A stretch of 44,471 bases of DNA from the NCBI RefSeq assembly GCF_001194135.2, contig NC_068981.1:151504428-151548898 (forward strand). The letters run 5' to 3'. Under the pieces are notes generated by a model that was not told the origin of the DNA, did no database searches, and saw only the letters and a program-made list of their open reading frames with translations. Positions within the stretch are counted from its first letter, which is position 1. The number at the start of each line of letters is the position of its first letter. This document shows, piece by piece, positions 37,140 through 44,471 of this stretch. Position numbers and translations under genes: made by a program. This DNA comes from Octopus bimaculoides. Its lineage: Eukaryota.

Positions 37140-37265
37140 CAGTTAACATCTAGCTTCCGTCACTCACAAGGACTCCGATCTGAGGCTATGGAAGAAGACA
37201 CTCTTAAACTGAATCAAATCCAAGTACTTCCAGGCAAAGTTTTAAACTAAACCACCATGCCTGCA
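37140..37265 (-). mobile_element. Degenerate CORE-SINE head
   Basis: CACTCACAAGG...GAGGCTATGGAAGAAGACACT...ACCACCATGCCTG resembles 21645-21770. Confidence 0.55.
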
Positions 37266-37549
37266 CGTATGTATTTTTTCCAGTTTCATTGGCTGATTTC
37301 CATTTCAGATTTATATGAATAAAATAGTCTTATTATTTTTGAGATACGTTAAGCATTCATGAGGAATCTAGTAAGGAAGTACACTGGCATTTCTTTCAAA
37401 GGCCCAACATCTACGAATATGCAGTTAAATCAAGTGCAGTGTGCTGTTGAATTTGAAATCAGAGAGTAAAAATGTATGGTATCTGTTCTACAACTTTTTC
37501 CACTCGATCACTAATAGTAAGATAAAAATGATAATAAATAACATTGATA

Positions 37550-37881
37550 CGTTATTTACATTTGACGGATATTCGTCCTCATCTTGTTTGTTGTTATTCA
37601 GGTCGCTGCCTGGAATCGAACTCGGAATCTTGGGGTTAGTAGCCCGCGCGCTCAACCACTAGGCCAAATGACCACGGGCATAACAAAAAGAATAATAACA
37701 TTGAAAAATACCTTAGGAATGAGAACCCAGGTTCGAAATTTCCCCAAGACACCTGATGAAAGCTGGAGGGTATATCAGCTGAAATGCTGTGTTAACAACA
37801 AACAAGATGAGGACAAATATCCGTCAAATGTAAATAATGTAAATAATGTATATAATTCCTCATCTCTTAAATATAGAACTG
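37550..37881. mobile_element. tRNA-headed HHR element (copy 2), with the head inverted, flanked by a 14-bp target-site duplication
   Basis: Minus-strand A box (37656-37666, TGGCCTAGTGG) and B box (37612-37623); plus-strand body, HHR and tail at 37681-37881. AAATAACATTGATA occurs at 37536-37549 and 37882-37895. Confidence 0.88.
37748..37793 (+). ncRNA. Minimal type-I hammerhead ribozyme motif
   Basis: GACAC-CTGATGA-A-AGCTG(N10)CAGCT-GAAAT-GCT-GTGTT: intact CUGAUGA and GAAA, 5-bp stems I and II; helix III and the cleavage triplet are mutated. Confidence 0.72.
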
Positions 37882-38382
37882 AAATAACATTGATATAGAC
37901 TATAAATAATGGAACGATTCTGTTTTGCTTCTTATTATGATCGTAATATGATATAAATAATATCAATGTAAAGCAGAACGAACAAAATACGTTTTGTTAA
38001 ATTAAAAACAGCGAAAAATAAAAACAGCAAATGTGATTTTATGTACATGTTTTCTTGACAGCTATAATCTTGTAGCACGCCGATACTTGAAGATATGAAT
38101 ATCTAGAATAGAATCTATTGCAAAGATATATAAACTGCATTAACTATGTAATTTCATGAAAGCATATTTTACTATCATGCAAATTAGGACTTGTTGATAT
38201 TCTAAAGCAAAACAGATTTTTAAATAAGCATTTCGATTATTTTCGATTTTTTTTCACTGCTTGTTAAACTTATTGATTTTATTTTTCGGTATTTGGAATG
38301 ATGAAATAGTGCAACGTAAACATTCTCAAGTTCATATTACACTGTTATTTCTAAATAATATTTAATAAAGGATGAATAGTCA

Positions 38383-39285
38383 TCTACTGCATGTGTGGGA
38401 AATTCTGTCTGTGGGTGTGTTTGTGGAGTTGTTATCTAACTCCTCCTACATCGTTTTATCGATTTTGATGAAACTTGACAGGTGAGTAGGACTCATGTCT
38501 GGAAACCACATGACATGCGCAGATTGTTGAAAAGAATCGATAATAGGGCCCCTGGAAGGGATCATTATATACATCTAATATAGTTCATGTTAACATCCAA
38601 GGGAAATAACCTATTCGCCCACATTTTAACAGCCAAGTGAAATAACCCATTCATTTACCTAAATCATTAGGTATAAATGAAATTGAGTATGCTTATTTCT
38701 TAGTATTTGAAATGTTATAGTTATTTTCACAATTTATCCAGTGCAATCATTAAACAAGTAAATAGTATTTTCCTAAACAATAGATCCACTTATTTGGGTT
38801 AGTGGCTTATTCACGAATATGCCAACACTAGCGTTGCTGAGGGTAATATTTTTGGGGGACGCACAAAAGCCCTTTTCAGAGTTATTTACTTTGAATTGTT
38901 ATTATCTCATATCTTATTAGCTTTTTATTGTGTAATATGCTTCTCGATTTTAGTATATATACATTATTAGTATTTCCTACTAAGTTCTATATACTCTGGG
39001 AAAGCATTAAAGCCCTTTTCGGGGCTACTTTATTTGAATTCTTACTATCAGGTAACTAATTTCATGTTATTACATAATTGACTTCACAATTTGGTATTCA
39101 TAACTTATTGGGAGTTCCTAAAAACAAGATCCTGTGTAAGACAGTTTGGCATTCTCTGTAAATGCACATGGACCGTTTTAAGGGCTACATACTGTATTGT
39201 TGTTATTGGATTAGCGAAACAATTATGAGAACGCAACCAAGGGTTAAACCCCGCTTTCCCAGAAGTTACCAGGTACGTCAGCTAG
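38383..39285 (+). mobile_element. Non-autonomous Helitron (903 bp)
   Basis: Starts A|TCTAC and ends CAGCTAG|T. The 5' region has CTGTCTGT...ATCGATTTTGATGAAACTTG, as in insect and mollusc Helitron/HINE elements. Internal repeat AAAGCCCTTTTC at about 38867 and 39009. The 3' hairpin is decayed. Confidence 0.65.
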
Positions 39286-39599
39286 TAGTAAAATAAAATG
39301 AGAAACATCTCATTCATTAATGTCTCAGATATAGTCGTTGTAGAAAAACACGAATCGTATCCAGTTAGAAATCGAAACCGAAACGCTGCTTTTCTCACCA
39401 AGAACAAATTGCTTCTATACATATATCAGTAACCATACGAAAAATAGAGCAAATTTCTCAAAGGAAAGCAGATTCACTTACGCTGAAGTGTCGACTTTTT
39501 TAATTTATAATTATATTTATTCATGAATCACGCAGAATGTTTTGTAGAAGTATATGTGGGCAGAGAAATAGAGTTAAACTTATATGTAATTGAGGACGT

Positions 39600-39770
39600 G
39601 AGAAACGGTTGAGCGTCGAACGAAGGCCATTCGGTGTTTAGTTACCTAGCTTTATAACCAGAGTTGAAGATTGTCATGGTTCACATGGCCTTTAATTCTT
39701 CCGAGGATGATAAAAGAAAGTACAAATTAATAACTGGTTGGTGTAATCACCTATCCTTTTCGCGTGAATT
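39600..39770 (+). mobile_element. Highly degenerate Nin-type SINE
   Basis: GAGTTGAAGATTGTCATGGTTCACATGGCCTTTAATTCTTCCGAGGATGATAAAA parallels the Nin domain at 33458-33510. Confidence 0.4.
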
Positions 39771-40419
39771 TGTGTTAATGTCAGAAAACATTAGTATATT
39801 GTTTTGTCAGTGTTAATGTCAGAAAACAAAGGTATATTTAATCGACAGAGTCGATTAGCAGATTTTGCACAATATCATACGAAATACCATGCAAATTTTA
39901 CTGAAGCTCTCTTTTCTTATATATAAGTTAAAATGTCATTGACGTTGATATTATTTTGAATTCTTTAGTAGCAATTTGGCGTGATTAAATCGACATTGCT
40001 CTGGTCTAAAATTTGCGATCTTCTATAACCCTTACCAATCCACATTACATTTAATCAATCTTTCTCTCGTTTATACAGATGCATTTTTCATCCTTAACGC
40101 TACATACATTTTTTATTATATGTTGATTTGATCTCGGTGAAGAAAGTTCGTAAACAAATGAAATTTCAGAAAATAGAATGTAATCTAAATTGACAATTCG
40201 CTTTGGATTTTCAGAATGAAGTTACAGCAGTGTTATCCATTGACATTCCATTTAGACGATTTTAAAATATTCAGAATTTGAAGGGATTATTTGGAATTTG
40301 ATATTTCGCTCAAATTTAATTAACAGGTCACACATTTCAAATATTTTATTTCAGTCTTGTTTTTTTAATTAATTATTCTTATTTCATGTAATTATGGACA
40401 TATTTAGTGCCTTAAAGTA

Positions 40420-40700
40420 GGTGAAGTATGGCCGAATGCTTAAGACCTTCTCGTCCAGACCGAAAGGTCGGGAGTTCAACACCCACTGTGTGGAATTTCG
40501 GACAAGTATAATTTTATAAATTCTCGGGTAGGCCCATAACTTCTAAACGAAATTAGGTAGATGAAAACTGCATAGAAGCCGGCCGGGTGAATTGTACTTG
40601 TAATTCAAAAGGTAGAGCCCTGTCATACATTGTACCAAGCTGATTCTACTTGAGAGTGCACGTTAATTAAGGAGTAGATAATTCACTTTATAGATCACTA
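40420..40700 (+). mobile_element. Degenerate tRNA-derived SINE
   Basis: A-box-like TGGCCGAATGC and B-box-like GGAGTTCAACACCC, followed by a CORE-like region. Confidence 0.5.
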
Positions 40701-41255
40701 TTGAATCCTCAATCTTGAACAACAGAAACCCATACCACGAATATCTAAAATATTTTAAATTTATAAATATTATTGGTCAAATTATTAAAAAAATAACATT
40801 TCTTTATCGTACTCGTTTTACTGCAAGCCACTTTCCAGTATTTATTTTAAATGGGCAGCATGTTTATGATGGATGTCATTCCTAAATTTGATTCATTTTA
40901 TTGATCTAGTAACTGAAAACTTTTAATGCCTTGAATTTTTATTGTTTCTGTCTTACAATTCTAATTCAGATTAACTGAATTCTACGGTTATAAGTCTATT
41001 TCCTCGTTTATATGATTTCTAATAAATTAAAGATGTAACAATTAAACCTTGGGAGAGGCATTATGCCGGTAATAAACACACGCACTGGTTCAGTCCTTTA
41101 TTAATTTATAAACAGTATTTAGTTTTCTTGGTGTTTTTTTTTTATCATTTCATTGCACTCTTGCAATCTCTTCAGTAACTTGTCTCTCCACTTCCATTTA
41201 TTTTGAATGTATCATTTAGCGTTGTTTTGAAATTGTCCGGTATGAGCATGTGAGT

Positions 41256-41323
41256 GTGTGCACGATCGTATGTGTGCACGCTCGTATGTGCGCACGCTCG
41301 TATGTGTGCACGCTCGTATGTGT
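41256..41323. repeat. 16-bp minisatellite x4 (GTGTGCACGCTCGTAT)
   Basis: Four tandem near-identical units read directly. Confidence 0.9.
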
Positions 41324-41819
41324 TCGTCCTTATATGTAAGCATGTGCGTCCCTATGTGTGTTTGTTAATACACATACGAAATAAAGATGTAACATTTAAG
41401 ATTTTAAGATCTAATAAATTCAAGATGTAAGTTCATAAATCTTTATATCAGAAGTCATAGCAAATGCCGAGATTTTATGAAAAGATTTTCTATCCTCTTC
41501 CTTGTAAACTTCAATATGAGTAAGAAATTTAGAGACAGAACATTCTAGATATTTCATAAAAATAAGTTTCTGTGAGAATCGACATAGAAAACACTTTCTA
41601 ATCATCAAAGTATCTTCGACGCGATCTCGGCAAATACGAGAAAAATAGTCATGTATCCCTCAAATTATACCCCAATGTTTTAAAGAAGGATGCATGATGT
41701 GCGATGCCCGAGATACAGACTTGATGATCAATGTCGTTAAGATTTCCATTAGCAGTCAGTTTACTAAATGCTGAGGTGGGAAGTAACAATAGGATCACAT
41801 TTTAATGACATCGCTTTCA

Positions 41820-41876
<57 letters not shown>

Positions 41877-42909
41877 GTCAGTTGATACACTACTCCATGA
41901 GAGACACCGCAAACATGAAGTAGATGAGAAAACTAAATTTTGAATCTCGAATGAAACTGTAAATATTCTAAAGTAACCNNNNNNNNNNNNNNNNNNNNNN
42001 NNNNNNNNNNNNNNNNNNNNNNNNNNNNNNNNNNNNNNNNNNNNNNNNNNNNNNNNNNNNNNNNNNNNNNNNNNNNNNNNNNNNNNNNNNNNNNNNNNNN
42101 NNNNNNNNNNNNNNNNNNNNNNNNNNNNNNNNNNNNNNNNNNNNNNNNNNNNNNNNNNNNNNNNNNNNNNNNNNNNNNNNNNNNNNNNNNNNNNNNNNNN
42201 NNNNNNNNNNNNNNNNNNNNNNNNNNNNNNNNNNNNNNNNNNNNNNNNNNNNNNNNNNNNNNNNNNNNNNNNNNNNNNNNNNNNNNNNNNNNNNNNNNNN
42301 NNNNNNNNNNNNNNNNNNNNNNNNNNNNNNNNNNNNNNNNNNNNNNNNNNNNNNNNNNNNNNNNNNNNNNNNNNNNNNNNNNNNNNNNNNNNNNNNNNNN
42401 NNNNNNNNNNNNNNNNNNNNNNNNNNNNNNNNNNNNNNNNNNNNNNNNNNNNNNNNNNNNNNNNNNNNNNNNNNNNNNNNNNNNNNNNNNNNNNNNNNNN
42501 NNNNNNNNNNNNNNNNNNNNNNNNNNNNNNNNNNNNNNNNNNNNNNNNNNNNNNNNNNNNNNNNNNNNNNNNNNNNNNNNNNNNNNNNNNNNNNNNNNNN
42601 NNNNNNNNNNNNNNNNNNNNNNNNNNNNNNNNNNNNNNNNNNNNNNNNNNNNNNNNNNNNNNNNNNNNNNNNNNNNNNNNNNNNNNNNNNNNNNNNNNNN
42701 NNNNNNNNNNNNNNNNNNNNNNNNNNNNNNNNNNNNNNNNNNNNNNNNNNNNNNNNNNNNNNNNNNNNNNNNNNNNNNNNNNNNNNNNNNNNNNNNNNNN
42801 NNNNNNNNNNNNNNNNNNNNNNNNNNNNNNNNNNNNNNNNNNNNNNNNNNNNNNNNNNNNNNNNNNNNNNNNNNNNNNNNNNNNNNNNNNNNNNNNNNNN
42901 NNNNNNNNN

Positions 42910-42947
<38 letters not shown>

Positions 42948-43180
42948 AAAGAGAGAGAGAGAAAGAAAGAGAGAGAGAGACAGAGAGAGAGACAGAGAGA
43001 GAGACAGAGAGGGAGGTTATGAGAGGTAATGTTGTCAAAAGACCCAAAGGTGTCAGGTAATGCTGAGTAAGTGCTATTGATAGACTATAGTTAAGCTCCA
43101 GGTTCGATGATTATGCGAATGAGGAGTCCAACGTAGGTCATATATCAGCATGTGTATATATAAAAACTTTCTTTTGCAGA

Positions 43181-43442
43181 ATGAGATAAAAATCCAAGGC
43201 TGCGAAAGATTTTAGAACATTTATAAAAATATGGTCTACAAATGAAATATCCCTACATATCTCACGTCTATTTTCATTCCTCCACTTCACCCTCTATTTC
43301 ATATCTTATCTAGAACTATTGCATAACCATTTTCTGACACCGTCTCCGATGAAGGGATATATAAAATATCCCGGAAACAGGCTGTAAGACCTTCTATTTA
43401 TAAATGTTCTAAACTCTTTCACAGCATTGGATTTTTTCTCAT
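43181..43442 (+). mobile_element. Short element with 60-bp inverted termini enclosing a hammerhead motif (PLE-derived or MITE-like)
   Basis: 43181-43240 is approximately the reverse complement of 43383-43442. Confidence 0.7.
43342..43390 (+). ncRNA. Hammerhead ribozyme motif, second family
   Basis: GTCT-CCGATGA-A-GGGATAT(ATAAA)ATATCCC-G-GAAAC-AG(G)CT-GTA-AGAC: stem I GTCT/AGAC, 7-bp stem II, palindromic helix III, GUA cleavage triplet; U4>C core variant. Confidence 0.62.
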
Positions 43443-43593
43443 CCTGAAAAAATTTTTTTACATATATATATACATATGCCAAAGTTGCAATACTTTTCTA
43501 TTAAATGACATGGTTCTTTCAAATTGCACATAGTGCTAGGATAACCACTGCTTAACAGTAATTCTTCATCCTGTTCTTCATTGCAGGCAAATA

Positions 43594-44387
43594 ATGGATT
43601 TCAAGTAGAAGCAACGTACCATCATTGAATATTTTTTATGAAGTGGGGATGCAAGCTGCCTGACACCCACAGGACGCTACCATTGTTTACGAAGACACCA
43701 ACGATAAGAAGAATCAATAAGGGTGAGTAAAGAAGGGGAAACCAGATCAAAAGAAAAAATACGGATTTGGTGACCATCAACTGCAACGACTGTATGATGG
43801 AAGGGATTGCACGAACAAACGAATTCCAATCCGCAAGCTTGCTGCACGACTGGACAATATCAATATATTACAGTAACAGTAGAAGACTTAAGGTAATAGA
43901 AAGTGTATTTACAATGTGGGTACCTCGGTAGTATACGTTCAATTTGAAGACGAGAATGATGGAAGTATGCTCTGATGTGTTAGAAGCTTTTGAAACCCAT
44001 GATAGTGTATTTTTTTCTCGATTTGGTGCGTGGGATTGAAACGTAGGTGTATTTTATGATCCGGTGCAGTCAATAGAATGGCCTCCCATCTCTTCTCCAG
44101 GGCACAAGAAGTTCAAGAATCAGTGATTAGCGCAGATTGATAACTTGAAGGGACGGTGAAGGCGCCATTCTCCTTGGTTATCTTGGTACGTGGACACACC
44201 ATAAACAGTAAGTGACACATTATGACACTCAAAATGCTTAAAGAAGCCATTGGGAGCAAGAGACATGATAATTCCCCATGGTAATCCACAACCGCACACA
44301 TCTCTCGCAGCAAATGAAGTCAGTCGATAAACTGAGCTCGTCAGAGATTCCCTGACCGTAACCACTCGGATCTCGCACCATCTAACT
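43594..44387 (+). pseudogene. Decayed mariner (DD34D-type) transposase
   Basis: MDFK*KQRTIIEYF, WVPR, IET*VYF.DP resembling DETWVY, SSPGHKKFK, GHTINS, and CCGTAACCACTCGGATCTCGCACCATCTAAC resembling PPYSPDLAPSD. No TIRs found. Confidence 0.8.
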
Positions 44388-44417
44388 AATAATCCGCGCG
44401 TGCGTTTACGTGTGCGT

Positions 44418-44424
44418 GCGTGTG

Positions 44425-44471
<47 letters not shown>
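44418..44471. repeat. (TG)n microsatellite running to the window end
   Basis: Visible directly. Confidence 0.95.

Noticed and set aside
39773-39836. Tandem copy of GTGTTAATGTCAGAAAACA; also AAGAACTGTATT repeats at about 23318-23360
   Set aside because: Ordinary short slippage duplications with no further structure.
3392-43047. Long ORFs containing X runs or homopolymeric/dipeptide tracts (e.g. 3392-3919, 16970-18037, 18354-19183, 41968-43047; poly-I/L/Y, YIYI, CVCV, HTHT)
   Set aside because: They are translations of N gaps and microsatellites, not genes.
1-44471. CRISPR array, prokaryotic operon or protocadherin/C2H2-ZNF cluster exon
   Set aside because: No regularly spaced repeats with unique spacers, no gene-dense coding structure, and no cadherin or C2H2 motifs in any frame I could read.

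Overview
Repeat-rich eukaryotic intergenic or intronic DNA. It is most likely Octopus, inferred from the SINE families and the very dense (TA)n/(CA)n/(AAT)n/(CATA)n microsatellites. There are seven assembly gaps (about 575-854, 3500-3793, 9622-9788, 17071-17867, 18435-19066, 21506-21586, 41979-42909). I found no intact host gene; almost all listed ORFs are microsatellite or N artefacts, or fragments of transposable elements. Recognisable content: R4/Dong-like RLE LINE fragments (six copies, one with RT), RTE LINE fragments (three), Tx1/L1-like elements (three, all lacking most of ORF2), Penelope-like (PLE) GIY-YIG and probable RT remnants, an internally deleted TTAA piggyBac, a decayed mariner, a 227-bp hairpin MITE, a 0.9-kb non-autonomous Helitron, and many tRNA-derived CORE- and Nin-type SINEs. 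The best candidate for an undescribed system is a family of short non-autonomous elements carrying PLE-type minimal hammerhead ribozyme (HHR) motifs. Two copies (2027-2713, 37550-37881) combine a tRNA-derived Pol III head, an (AAT)n spacer and an HHR. A second, unrelated HHR family sits inside 60-bp inverted repeats (43181-43442), and there is a possible third decayed tRNA+HHR element (about 24235-24370). Also notable are ORF1-only (HAL1-like) Tx1 derivatives, a SINE 3' tail shared with those Tx1 elements, and Dong-like LINEs landing in the microsatellite tracts of other elements. All motif calls are by eye; no database search or folding was run.
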